Shown here in pieces: positions 11,622 through 23,230 of a stretch of DNA of 64,000 bases. The DNA is from Chrysochromulina tobinii (Eukaryota): the NCBI GenBank assembly GCA_001275005.1, contig JWZX01003407.1:1-64000 (forward strand). Reading direction: 5' to 3'. The notes beneath the pieces were generated by a model. The model searched no databases. It had not been told where the DNA came from and was given only the letters and a program-made list of their open reading frames with translations. Positions within the stretch are counted from its first letter, which is position 1; every line of letters begins with the position of its first letter. The translations under genes and the position numbers were made by a program.

Positions 11622-13479
11622 ATGCCTCAGCTTGAATTTCTGGTTGGCCCGCCACCAGCGGGTCTGAAACCCTTCGGCCTCGTTACTCAGCAGCCGTCGC
11701 CGGCCACGCCGGCCGGTGCCGCTGGTCTCACAGCCGGCGACGCTCTACTCTCATTCGGGGAGGCCCGACATCTGCGTGACCTTCAAAAGGTGCTGTCATC
11801 GAATATCGGCACACCTGTGGTCGTGCTTTGCGTGGACGCTGCAGGCCGCTACGTTCGCAAGTACGTCGTTCCTGCGCAGTGGGACCCGAAAGCGCCCAAG
11901 TCGTTGCTCGGCTGTCAGATGTCGAACCAGTGTCCCGCTGATCATCCAGCTGTCTCTGGCCTGCTTCTGCCGCCACGTAATGTGGCAGTGTCCTCTGGGC
12001 GAGCCCGTTCGGTGCACGCAGCGCGTCAGAGCGCCAACGGCCATCGCCACCAACCCTCACGTCAGGAGATGCCGCCGCTGCAGGCGGCACGGAGCACATG
12101 CTGTGCACGAGTCTGCCTCGCGCTCATCTCGACGCTCCAGCTAGTGCTAATGCTCGCCATCCTCGGCCTGCCCACGGTCTCGCCTGGCGCCGCCGACCTC
12201 CTTCGCCTCGCGCGCCTCCACTGCTCTGTTGACGCGCCGTCAGTTCCGCATGCGGGTTCCCCTCTTGACCTCGATCTTGACCTCGAGGTGCGCCGCATGC
12301 TCGCTCGCACCGAGGATGATCGGCCACTGCTGACAGCGCATCACTTGCCACCGCCGCCACCAAAGGCCATGGGCGGTGCCGCTGCGCCAACCCCGTCGAC
12401 GAACCCGGTGCTCTCGCAGCGGCTCTCCTCGCCAGGCTTCGATGTCCTCACAGTGAGTGGCAGTGGCCAAGGCGGGCAGCTGCTCACGAACCTGCAGCTG
12501 CACGGACAGCTCGACGTGGACGACATGGTGTTCGGCATCCTCGTCGCCTGCCTCTTCCTATCTGTACTCGCGACACTCGGCATGACCGTCGCGTGCTCGC
12601 ACGCGCGATCGTGCGCACACCGCCTCTCCTCGACGCTCTACTTTGTCGGGGGGACGCCCGTCTGGGCGGCGCTCAGCTTCGCCGTCATCTATTGCTTCGT
12701 CTTCCGGGATGAGGCGGAGGCTCTCGTGCGCCGCTACTGGGCGTGCCTTCTGCTGGCGGATCCTGATCACAAATCTGGCGCCGCGCGCTCTGCATGGGGA
12801 GCTGCAGCAGCCGTCTACCAGAGCATCACCCTGACAGCCACGCTGCTGCTCGCGTGCGATGTGCTCGTGCTCGCCGGGCTATATTCGGCTGGGCTCGTGA
12901 TCGGCTGGGCCTCGCTTGCCTCCAACCTCTTGAACGTGATCAACGGCGGCCTGCTGCTCGCGGGCGGTGGCCTTGTCGCCGTCGCTGCGGGCCTGCACGG
13001 GCGTGCTGAGGGCGGTGTGCACGCAGACACCGCGATGGTCGCGCTCGGCGCCGGGGTGCTCGCCGTCAGCACCATCGGCCGTGCTCGGCTCGCGCCTACA
13101 CTCTGCCTGCCTGCTGCGGCTGTACACCGTCTGCTCCACGTTGATAACGCTCGCGCTCGGAGTGTTTGTGGCTGGCTTGAGCGTACTTGGTGTGCAGGGT
13201 CTTGCGGACAGCGACTTCGTTGCAAGCAACTGGCACTACATCAGCGACATCTACCCAATTCCGAAGCATGAGTTTCTGCAGCTCCTTGGCCGGCATTGGA
13301 CCAAACTCATGATCGCGTCCGCACTGCTATTATTCGTTCAGCTTCTCGTAGTGAGTGCCTCGTGCGTCCTACGCCGCCACATCGCGCCCTCTGCGCTCGA
13401 GGCGGCCTCGAGGAGTGAACAAGCGGGCCTCATTCAAGATGACGACGAAGATGATGATGATGACGGCGGAATCGTATGA
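11622..13479 (+). CDS. PDZ (PSMD9/Nas2/GRASP-like) domain fused to tetraspanin-like multi-TM region; apparent +1 frameshift at ~13080
   Basis: 'KPFGLV...SPATPAGAAGLTAGDALLSFG...WDPKAPKSLLGC' is PSMD9-type PDZ. The C-terminal 'GAGVLAVSTIG/VLGSRLHSACLLRLY' is a tetraspanin TM2-TM3 motif, which is restored by removing one C from atcggccgtg. Confidence 0.7.
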
Positions 13480-14487
13480 GCTGGAGCAGCATCGCGCCTT
13501 TAACTCCGCTCCGCACTACGCGCCTTTCAGTTCCACACGACAGCAGCCCTCTGGGCGGCGCGCGTGACCTCACGGCAGCGCGCGCGAAAAGGGCGAATGG
13601 CGGACGGGCGTGTAAGCAAGCGAAGAAGGTAGAAGCCTAGAACAGTGGACTTTGCCTATAGTGGACTTTTATGCGATCCCGCCTAGCTTGCCCTCGACCG
13701 TATACACGATCGTGCATATCCACAGTTCATACAAGTGTCTAGTCCGGAAAGAAGGTTTCGGGCGGGACCGCGCGTCCCCGGGCTCCTCGTGCGTCCGCGG
13801 TGTGGCGCGGCCGCTGGTGGGGGCTGGGGCCCTCGCGTGGTCGCTGGTCCGCGCGCTGCGCGGGCCGCGGCCCCGGGCCCGCTCCCGGGCGGGGGCGCGG
13901 ATGTTTTAAACGTGGAAACCGTAACGACGTCCCTCGCGTGGCGTGGAGTAAAACGTGCAAGCTAGGTGGTCCTGGTGCGCGATACGACTGTCGAACTCCG
14001 GCGAAGGGACGAAGCCGCGACGAGTCCCCCTCCCGGCCCCCGGCGCCCGGCGGTCGTATCGCAGACGCGTCCGGTGGAGCTGCTGGAGGTGAGACGTGTT
14101 CGAAACCAGTGTTCGAAGTTCGTGGGTACAAAACGTGTTACCTGGGTACCAACCGCTAGGTGCGGTTCCCGGGGGTGCGGTGTGCGGACCCGGGACGCGG
14201 GCCCGCCCGATGCCCCGCGTCGCGCTTCGGCGGCGCCAACTCGCAAAGTTAAACGTTCAAATCTCTACACCGGACCTGATGGTGAGAACCGGCGCCAAAG
14301 TGCAAACGGAAACGCGCACCGGGGACGCAGGCGCCACGCGCACGCCTCACATCAGGCGCGATATATCGGGTACTATGGCGCCGGATCCTGGGTGAGTACG
14401 CTATGTGGCGCTTATGTAGCGCCAAAGATTCGGCTTGTGCCTTGTGGTCTATAACCCAGTCAGACAGGCATTGAACCCGTTCGCGAT

Positions 14488-15300
14488 TCAGGTCGATCCT
14501 ATAGCGGTGTTCTTTGCGGATTCAGGCACCGTCGCGCGGATCTGCTCAATCGCGAAGCCGGCTTTGGCACCATGTGACTTCCGCACGAAGCGGACTTGCA
14601 AACGCAGCCCGGCGGCGTCGGAGCCAATCTGCTTCCACTGCTTCTCTTGCTCGACGTCGAGCACGAACTCAGGTATCTGTGTGCAGAACGTGCGCTTGTC
14701 CTCACCCGAACCCAGGACCATCTCTGCCGTCACCTCGGACTTGAAGGACACCTCCTCCGCCGCCGACTCCTTGCGCAGGACCATCGGCGTCTGCTGCGTG
14801 ATCTTACGACCATCGGCCTCCATCGTCACCACTCCGCCGCTAGGCTTGGTGAATTTGAGCGTGAGCACCGCTGCCTCCTTTTGCATCTGCTCCATACGCA
14901 GTTCGTCCTCGCGATCCTTACGCAGCATCTGATAGGCCTGGCTGAAGACGCCCTGCCCCCATCCCTTTTGCAGGAGCTCCGCCTCAGCCTGCACCGTGTT
15001 CACCTCTGCGTCCATGACTTGCTCTGCCTCGAGCAACTGCTCCCACACGTGGTACGGCAGCAGCCCTCTCTGGAAGAGGCGCGCCATGCGTGGGTGGTCC
15101 TTCTCAAGCTGCTCAATCCGCGGGATGTCCGCCTTAGCACGTTCGAGCAGCTTAAGCGGCAAAGTCCGCCTGCGGCAGGTGCGCTCGAACCAAACGCGTA
15201 AATATGTGCTAGCGCTTGAAGCGCGCTGAGCGCCGCGTTTGGCCGGCCGGCGTGTGCTTTGGATGGTGCAGAGCCTTACGCAGGCACAGACAGAGCCCCG

Positions 15301-15356
<56 letters not shown>

Positions 15357-15666
15357 CAGAAGCGGTGCGGCCAGCGGTGGAAGCGCGGACTGTGCACTGC
15401 GTGTCGATAAAGCGCGTGCAAAGGCTGGGGGAAACGTACTTATCGGCAGGCTCCTCTCCCATGTCCAGCTCGCGTTTCTTCTCGTCGTACTCATCCACCT
15501 CAATAGGCAGCTCAAAGTCATAGTTCTTGTCATCGATGGCCTGAAAAAGGTCGGAGTCCTCGACCATCTCTCTTTCCTCACGGCGATCGACGACCAGGAT
15601 TTGGTAGCCCGCATAGCAGAGCAGCAGCGTCGTCAGAGATAACACGAGAAAGAGAAAGAGCTGCAT
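14488..15666 (-). CDS. SEC66: Sec66/Sec71-domain membrane protein with C-terminal extension; intron 15170-15439
   Basis: N-terminal TM, then 'LLERAKADIPRIEQLEKDHPRMARLFQRGLLPYHVWEQLLEAEQVMDAEVNTVQAEAELLQKGWGQGVFSQA', which matches the Sec66 family pattern. Phase-2 intron aa|gtacgt ... ccgcag|g. Confidence 0.72.
15302..15356. repeat. (CAG/CTG)~18 microsatellite inside an intron
   Basis: Perfect agc/cag run seen directly. Confidence 0.97.
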
Positions 15667-15820
15667 TGTTTCGGAGCGCAAATCTTTCCGCGACGAGATC
15701 GTCTCGGGTGTGAACAGAAACTTTCGAAGCCAAGCTCTTCACGGAGGTGCCGTGTTGTGTGAACTGAACTGAACCATTCTTTAAGTATGAACACAAGTTC
15801 GACCGGTAAGCAGGTTCAGG

Positions 15821-17327
15821 ATGGGAAAGAAGACCTCCTCAGCCCGTCTAGGCCAGCCCGTCGAGGCCAGCCCGCCCAGTCCATCGAGGCCGTCGTCGGG
15901 CGGCAAGACGGCGGCCAGGGCAGCCGAGGCGGCAGCCAAGGCAGTCGAGGCGGCGGCCGTGGCGGCCGACGAGCATGCCCGTGCGGCGCGCCGGCTCCTC
16001 GACAACCGAGAGTACTTGTTCAACGAGGAGGTCAAGCTGGCTGAGGCGGAGTGCGTGAGCCCTAGAAGAACGCCTCGATCACGAGCTCGCTGTGCACAAT
16101 GAACAGCTCTGGTTTGCCGAACGCAAAGTGGAAGCTGCCGAGAACGCCGTCGAACTGCTGCACCAGGCACACCGCGAGCGATTTGACGCAGACAAGCGTG
16201 TTGCCAAGGAGCTGCTTGGCCGACGCGAGGACGCCGCACGAATGCATGAGCAGCTCATCGAGTTGAGGCAGTACTTCGATCGTGAGCTGCGCGCGGGCCT
16301 CGAGGGGTTCCGCACTGCCTACCGAGCTCAGGCTTTTGAGGAGGTGGCCACAGAGGCGCGTCGTGCACTCCTCGACCAGCAGGTCGTGGAGCGGTACGCG
16401 TCTCAGGAGCACGCCTGGGCCGAGCGATGGCAGGGGCGGTACGAGGCTCTCAAGGTCGTGTCAGATCTCGACAAGCGCGAGCTTGAGCTCACCATGGAGC
16501 AGAAGCGAATGCAGGCTGCTCGGGTCCTCAAGCTGCGACGGCAGGTGAAGGACCTCGCGGCGGCCGAGAGCACCGTGGAGCAGCTTAGGACCCGGCTGGC
16601 CCTTCAAGAGACGGCCTCGTGCGAGCTGCACAACGAGCTGCAAGCGACGCGTACTCAACTGGCGGATGCAAACCTTGAATGCGCTCGCGCCCTCCACGAG
16701 GTGGAGCGACTCCGCATCGAGAGGCTCGATGAGGCGAGGAGGATGCCGCTGCCGTCGACGACGGAGCCGGCCATGCGCCCGACCTCGTCTGAGTCGGAGT
16801 CGCATACAGCTGCGCCACTCCTGGCAACGTCGAACAGCATGGGGACACGCAGCGGCTTGTACGAGAACATCTGGAATAGTCGCACTTTGGACACGAGCCT
16901 CCCAACTGGCTCCCGCAGTTTCAGCAGCCTCGGGCTCGGCGATGGTGGCACCCCTTGGCCGCCGGCGATGGGCGCTAAGTCTGGTTCCGCTCACCGTCTG
17001 CCCGGCGCACTCGGAGGTGGGTTCTCCACCTGCAAGAGCGTATTGGCCTCATCCATGCCGAGTCTTCAGTCCGGCGCACTGCACTCCAAGTCGCGCTCAG
17101 CTGTCGATGCCCCAGCCAGGCCTTCCAGTGCTCATTCCTTGGTATCCAGCGTACTGCGCGAACCAGCACGAGCACGTGGCGGTGGTTGGCGTCAGCAACA
17201 GCGACGGCTCATTGCTCCTCACGTCAGCGCTAGATCGATGCTTAACTCGACCTCTGGGACCTTGGAAATCTGTGGACATGGAAATTCAGGGCTCGTGGTG
17301 AGGATCGAGTGTCGTGAGAGATACTAG
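15821..17327 (+). CDS. Coiled-coil hypothetical protein; intron 16055-16106
   Basis: ORFs 15821 and 16092 join by tgc|gtgagc ... gaacag|ctc (phase 0). E/R/L-rich heptads are followed by an S-rich low-complexity tail. Confidence 0.7.
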
Positions 17328-17652
17328 TAGAGGAGCCGTGATGAGGTCGTCGAAGCACCAAACGCGTGCCTCAACCGATACTCGCTCACTGGCGACTGCG
17401 TTCATCGGCGGCCGTCTCGTCTGTGTGCTCGCTCGCGGTGTTGAAAAGAAAGCGCGGTGGGTGTGCGTGCGGCGCGGGCCAGCGAGCGTGGCGGGTCGCA
17501 CCAGTGTATAACATTGACTACACGTCGCCGTCGGGAACGCCTAATGCCTAAGATGTATGCAAAGCTTGAGCACTATATAGGTCAACGACTTGAGTGTTGT
17601 TTTGTTGATGACTGCGGCTGCTGATCCGCAAGGAATACGCAAGGAAGAGCGA

Positions 17653-18465
17653 TCACGCTCGCAGCCCTTTGAGCATCCTCAAGTGGGCTTGCCGGGAGAT
17701 GGCACTGTGCTCCATGCCCCACACCTCGAGCACCTTGCAGCGGAACTCACCGACAACATCGGGAGCATCTCTGCTGTTCGCGGGCATCGCTGCACCAGGA
17801 TGAGGATGGCGGCAGAGGCACTGGTTGTTGAACGTCGCACTCGGCCCGCTGGTGCCGTGCAGCAGCTCGGAGTCAAGCCACAGGCCAAAGTGGCCACCGC
17901 TACCCACGGCAAAATGGTCGCGGTGGCTGAACATGAAGAAGGAATTCTCTCCGGACCAGAGGTGGACATGCACTGCTTCGCGCGGTGGGGCCTCATCCTT
18001 GCCAGACGGCAACGGCGGCAGACCTTCCAGGCGCTCAACAGAGAAGAGAAACGTCTCACCAGTGCCGTAGAAAGATGCGGGTACGCTGGGCTCGCGCCAC
18101 TCCGAGCAGAAGGCGCCAAAGACGTTGTCGCCGTCGTCCTTGATGGCTAGAATGCAACACCCGCAACCGGATGTCCGCTGGTAAAGTGTGTTCAGCGACA
18201 CGCCGTGGACTTCCGTCGAGTATAGCAACCGCCAGTCGGCACATACGAAACGGCTGGGGATCGCCGCCGCAAGTTGCTGCAAGACTAAGTCCGACATCAC
18301 CTGGGTGGGTATTTCATCGCCCTTCATGTCCAGTAGCCTTGGCATGGGTGCCACGAAGCAACCGGCTGAGCCCCAGCTTATGCTGTGGGAAGAGGCCTCG
18401 CTGCTCGGGCCCGGGGTGCTGGCTGGACGAGAGGTCTTGAGATGAGAGGCAAAAAACTCCCACAT
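17653..18465 (-). CDS. TLDc-domain protein (OXR1/NCOA7-like)
   Basis: 'WRLLYSTEVHGVSLNTLY...IKDDGDNVFGAF...FYGTGETFLF...WSGENSFF...AVGSGGHFGLWLDSELLHGTSGPSATFNN...LEVW'. Start placed at MWEFF. Confidence 0.9.
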   Translation of the reverse strand: MWEFFASHLKTSRPASTPGPSSEASSHSISWGSAGCFVAPMPRLLDMKGDEIPTQVMSDLVLQQLAAAIPSRFVCADWRLLYSTEVHGVSLNTLYQRTSGCGCCILAIKDDGDNVFGAFCSEWREPSVPASFYGTGETFLFSVERLEGLPPLPSGKDEAPPREAVHVHLWSGENSFFMFSHRDHFAVGSGGHFGLWLDSELLHGTSGPSATFNNQCLCRHPHPGAAMPANSRDAPDVVGEFRCKVLEVWGMEHSAISRQAHLRMLKGLRA

Positions 18466-18772
18466 TTCCAAAAGCCGCGTCCGTCGCGTTCTTCTTCGAG
18501 ACCGAGGTGTGAATTGGCTGTTAACCAGAAAGGATTCTACTTCGTAAGCTCCATCGAGATACATGTAGAAATAGGGGAAACTATGGATATTTATCTGTTC
18601 TGCGTACCGTGTGTGTCCCCCGTGTATGTCCCGGCTCCCCCCCCAGTGTCTTACCGGGTAGTCAAGTCTATACATATACAACAGACAACCATACGGAGGC
18701 CTATCGAATGACTTGACTTTACTTGACTTGACTGACTAAACGCGGTTCACACAACTGTTCACACGTGTGTGG

Positions 18773-19205
18773 ATGCAAGTCGCCTTGGACCAGGTTGCAC
18801 AGCATTGCTTGAAGGAGCTCGATGCGTACTCGACGTGCGTCGAGAAGCACCCACACCGATGGCAAAGCGTGTGTGCCACTCTCAAGGCGGATCTCAAAGA
18901 TTGTGCTGCGGCAAAGTAATGGCCCACTTACTTACTTCCTCTCCACAATCCACATGGTGTCGGCGACTACCTACGCTGACACCTGGCGACCACGTGCAAT
19001 TCTCGCGCGCAGCTCAGGCATGGTGAACGACGTCAAGGCGCGCTGCGCGGCCGAGATTGAGCAGTACGACCGCTGTTTGAAGGCCAACGTGAACCATCCA
19101 GACACGTGCATGCCGCAGTTGCATCGGCTTTGGCAATGTTCAGAAGAGAAAGAGAAGGCGGCGTGTTCGTGTGAACCTCCGTGCAGCTCGAAGCCGGGTG
19201 TGTAG
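18773..19205 (+). CDS. CHCHD5: Four-CX9C mitochondrial intermembrane-space protein (CHCHD5/Mix14-like); intron 18916-19012
   Basis: Exon 1 (not in the ORF track) is MQVALDQVAQHCLKELDAYSTCVEKHPHRWQSVCATLKADLKDCAAA. Intron aa|gtaatg ... gctgac ... gcgcag|c. Exon 2 contains CAAEIEQYDRC...CMPQLHRLWQC. Confidence 0.85.
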
Positions 19206-19690
19206 CTTGAGGTCGGGTGTGTGCACGAGGCCATCTGCTTCTGAGCGCCCACTCTTTGATGCCGACATCATAAATACGGTACGAGTTCTCTCTTGTCGTG
19301 TGGAGCCCGGAGGGCCGGACGCGCGGTGCCGGTGGCGTGGTGGGAGTGGGGGAATTTGGGGGTCCCGCCAATTGGTAGGTAGCTTGGTCAGTTACAAATT
19401 TCTCTGGTGGGGGTGCTAGAGCCTAGAGGCCTAGACCACCCGCGCGGACCGGCGCCGCAGCTGGCCAGCTCGTTTTCCGTACGCCGCAACGTGTCCGCCG
19501 CGCCACCGCCGAGCGCCGACCGCCCGGCCCGACCGCGGATGGGAGTCATCAGAAGCCCTGCGACACGTATGCGACGCGATGGGAGACCCAGGCGTGGCGG
19601 AGGCCGGAGCGCGCGGAACGCCTGTCCACCTCTGGCCTCTCCGCTCTCGACCACGGAGCACGGTCCGCGAACAGAGCCGCAGAGCGCAGA

Positions 19691-20362
19691 CTACAACTTC
19701 CAGTCAACGACCTTGCAACCGGCGCGGGTGAACCCGCTGACAATCTTGGCCTGGCGACGGATCAACGCGGTTTTAGCACCTCCTTGCCCGCGCTTGCTCG
19801 TATGCCATTCAATAGCTAGCGTGTCAACCAGCGCCGCGCTCCCATCGCGCAGCAAGTGCTCGAGTACCTCGAACTCCGCGCCCTCGATATCCATCTTCAC
19901 TGCGACATCGTCGGCACGACAAAAATGGCGAGAGAGCCAGCTACTGAAATCTACGGTGCGCACCGACACAGCTCGCTCCGTCGCGGGTTGTTGTCGCTGG
20001 CTGCGCGCATACTTGTTGAGTGCAACGCCGCCCACCTGAAGGGCACTAGACGTCATGTTGTAGAGGATGCCGTGCTTCGTAGCCGTGCGCGAGCCGGGTG
20101 TCTGCATGTTCGCAATCATCGTGCCATCGCTGATCCATACAGCTGCCATCTCGAGCGTTCCTTGCAGTGGCCGGAGCGCTTCCAGTAGTACGTCCCTGAA
20201 GGCAGAATTCATCTCAAAGGCAACGACATGTGTATAAGGTGTGGCTGCACGTGGTTGCCAATCGCTGTGGAAGCGTGCGAGCGATTGCCCGTCATTTGCA
20301 CCAAGATCCAAGAAGGCTCGACGACTGCCGCATATCGTGTGATCAATGGCCGGCAGCGGCAT
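19691..20362 (-). CDS. FkbM-family SAM-dependent methyltransferase
   Basis: 'FLDLGANDGQS', 'VVAFEMN', 'VRTVDFSSWL', 'VKMDIEGAEFEVL', 'IEWH'. Confidence 0.88.
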   Translation of the reverse strand: MPLPAIDHTICGSRRAFLDLGANDGQSLARFHSDWQPRAATPYTHVVAFEMNSAFRDVLLEALRPLQGTLEMAAVWISDGTMIANMQTPGSRTATKHGILYNMTSSALQVGGVALNKYARSQRQQPATERAVSVRTVDFSSWLSRHFCRADDVAVKMDIEGAEFEVLEHLLRDGSAALVDTLAIEWHTSKRGQGGAKTALIRRQAKIVSGFTRAGCKVVDWKL

Positions 20363-20516
20363 CGTGAAATGGCTCGAGAATCTCAAACTAAACGAAGAAT
20401 GGGCTATTAAAGCACTCGGAACTCGGAATGTACGGCTAGGCTCACATCGACCGCGCATGTAGTTCGTGAGAAAAAAAAGGGTTCACACGAGGAACTGCGC
20501 CCCGCCTCTCCGAGAC

Positions 20517-21189
20517 ATGGCCCACGTTTTTGCTCGCGTCATTGTCCGTGGGGCGGCCCCGCTCTCGTTGGCGGCGCGCCCTCGTGTCGCGGTGCTGGCG
20601 ACCGCTCCGCGGCGGCTGAAGTCGACCGCGCCATCCACCATCTACGACGACTCGCACCTTTTTCCTGACCAGGTGCTGGAGGAGGACAAGACGGGGTTTC
20701 CTGTTGGTCTACCCCAGATCAAGGAGGCCGAGTTGTGGAAGGAAGGTGCCGAGGGGACGCTGGTGCGCCGCGCGGCACCAGATCCGGGCTGGTTGAGCGC
20801 CCTTGCTGAGCGGCGCTCAGCGGCGCCCCGACGCGCATCAAACCCTGCTAACATCCCCCCACCTTGTTGCCCATCCTCCCCTCTCGCAGCTCGCAGAGCG
20901 CGCGGAGCTCTGGTGGGACGACGGCACCGCCGAACCAGAGTGGTTCGTCGATCGCGGTAGCGCCGGCGGCGCCGATGGCGGTCGTCCATGGTCTCTTAGC
21001 ACTGGAGCAGCTTTGGCACAGCTCGCGGGCGCGCTGACCTTCATCGGGGTCTTCATCGGCGGCACTGGCTATCTGCTTGGCGACACCCTGCGCCCAGCTG
21101 CACCGCGTTGGGAGCACGGCTACCCGTCCGACATGCGTGCTCAGTTTGGCCTGCCCATCACCGCCACCGCCGCCGAGGAGGACGAGTGA
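20517..21189 (+). CDS. NDUFB8: Complex I subunit NDUFB8-like; intron 20763-20889
   Basis: Arg/Ala-rich mitochondrial presequence; 'ELWWDDGTAEPEWFVDR', a TM helix, and 'PAAPR...YPSDMRAQFG', resembling plant/algal NDUFB8. Intron ctg|gtgcgc ... tcgcag|ctc. Confidence 0.75.
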
Positions 21190-21676
21190 GCAAACGATGG
21201 GCGTCAGATCATTATTTGGCGCTTGTCGCGTACGAGCAAGGCCAGCGAGGATCGCCCCGCACGGCGGCAGTGCTGCGCGTACGTCGGATGATATCCCTGC
21301 GATGCGCTCGGAGAGACGAGAGACGCGTTGGGGTGCGTGTCTGTTTCGCAGGCGCATACTTCCATTTCTGTTCGGTTCACGGGGGAGGTCGGTTGCGCGG
21401 GTGGATGTGGTCATGTGGCATAGTCTTATGAATCCCTGTGCACTCTCGCACATTGATCATTGGGGACACCTTATTCGACACGTTAAGGTACCGGGTAGAT
21501 CACGACTCACGAACTGAAACCGAGCGTCCTTTACCTTTGGAGCACACGCCATCCTCCTTCGGCCAACACCTCCGTCCATAGCGGTAGAGGCAAATGTGCT
21601 AGGGGGTCCGGAGTGTATGCGCGACGTGTGTTTCACAGCTGCGGCAGCAGGCTCCCGGCCTTCCCTCGTCTCCGCG

Positions 21677-23184
21677 ATGTCGGCGTCGAGCGAGTCAGAC
21701 GAAGAGCTGTTCGGCACGCCAATTTCCGACGACGACGAGGTGGATTCTGCACGGTCTCGGCGTGCGAGAGCTCAACGCGCAGCTGACCCTCAAAAGCAGC
21801 AGCGATTTAAGCAGCAGCAAGAAGTTCTTGATGAGCAAGGTCGTCGTCGTTTTCACGGCGCCTTCACGGGTGGGTTTTCAGCCGGCTACTTCAACACTGT
21901 TGGATCCGAGGCAGGATGGGCGCCAACCGAGTGGCGCTCAACACGCGGCGCCCGTGGCGCTCAACAAGCGTCAACACGTCCAGAGGACTTTATGGACGAC
22001 GAGGATCTTGCCGAGCGTGGAGGTGCTGGAGTGCTGGTTGCCAGAGCAGGCTTTGCCAAGTCCAAGCGCACCGACGATGGGAGCGATGTCGCCTTGGCCC
22101 CGTCGCAAACAAAATGTCCATCGGCGGTAGCTGCCGGCACTGAAATGCGCCCAGACATCAGCAGCGTGCTTACGATCCCGAAAGGAGCTTCCAGCATCGG
22201 ATTTCGCATGTTGCGCCAGATGGGCTGGCGCGATGGGTTTGGCATCGGCCCGCGAACGTATCGGTCGGCGTCGAAGCGCAAGCGGACGGGCACCGATGGC
22301 GCGATGGCGCCGCCACGCAAGCTTTACGGGCCGACCATGCCGCCTCAGATGCATGCCTCTTCCGTGAGTGCACACCCCGAGGGCTCGGACGACGAGTATG
22401 AAGACTCTGATCCATTGAACGCTGCACACCTTCGTGGCTTCGCTCCCCGCCTCGTGCCTACCCGGACCACCGCGTACACATACAAGAACGACCTCCACGG
22501 AGTCGGATACGAGCCCCATCGTGCCGCCCCCGAGTTTGCCGAATCGTGCAAGAGGCGTGCGGAGAGTCGAGCCCCCCAGCCAATCGGAGCTTACGAAGAT
22601 GTGGAAGACGCTTACGCGCAAGCAGACATATCACAGTATGACCTCGCTCTCCTTGAGAATGAGGCGGATGTGGACGAAGATGCAAAGCTGCCTGGGCGGG
22701 TGGAGACCATGTGGCGCGGCACTGGCGCAGGAGTTTCCATGGCGAAGTCTGTACCAGTCACCGGTTTTGTGCCCGCTCACCTTACGCTTCCTCCGCAACC
22801 ATGGCACGAGGCGCCAGAGGTGCCCGCTTCGTTTCGCGAACGGCACATCTTTCCGACTCCCCCAGTGGCGCCCCCTTTGCCACAGGCTGCGCTGCTGGCG
22901 CTGCTGGCGCACGAGGCAGTGCAGCAGCAGACGGCGAACAGCGCGGCCCTCTCTGAAGGTGTGGGCAGCAGCCGTATCGGCGCTGTTGACACGCTTTCCC
23001 CAGGCAGCGACGTGTGGTCACTCGTCTCCAAAGAACAGCTCATTCATTTGTGGCAGCGGCTGCAGACCATCCGTGCGCAGCAGGTATCAAAACAGCAGGT
23101 ATCTCAACGCCCTCTGCAAGCGCCTCCACTTCCAGGAGCTTCACTGCAGCACCACCAGCTCCAAATGTCCGCGCTGCCGATGAA

Positions 23185-23230
<46 letters not shown>

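Noticed and set aside
13652..14454. Multiple Arg/Gly/Pro-rich ORFs in the intergenic island
   Set aside because: No domain or codon signal; expected by chance in very GC-rich DNA.
18466..18681. N-terminal extension of the TLDc ORF (MYMYRLDY...)
   Set aside because: It runs through AT-rich, TACATGTA-containing intergenic-type sequence, so the downstream ATG at 18465 is more plausible.
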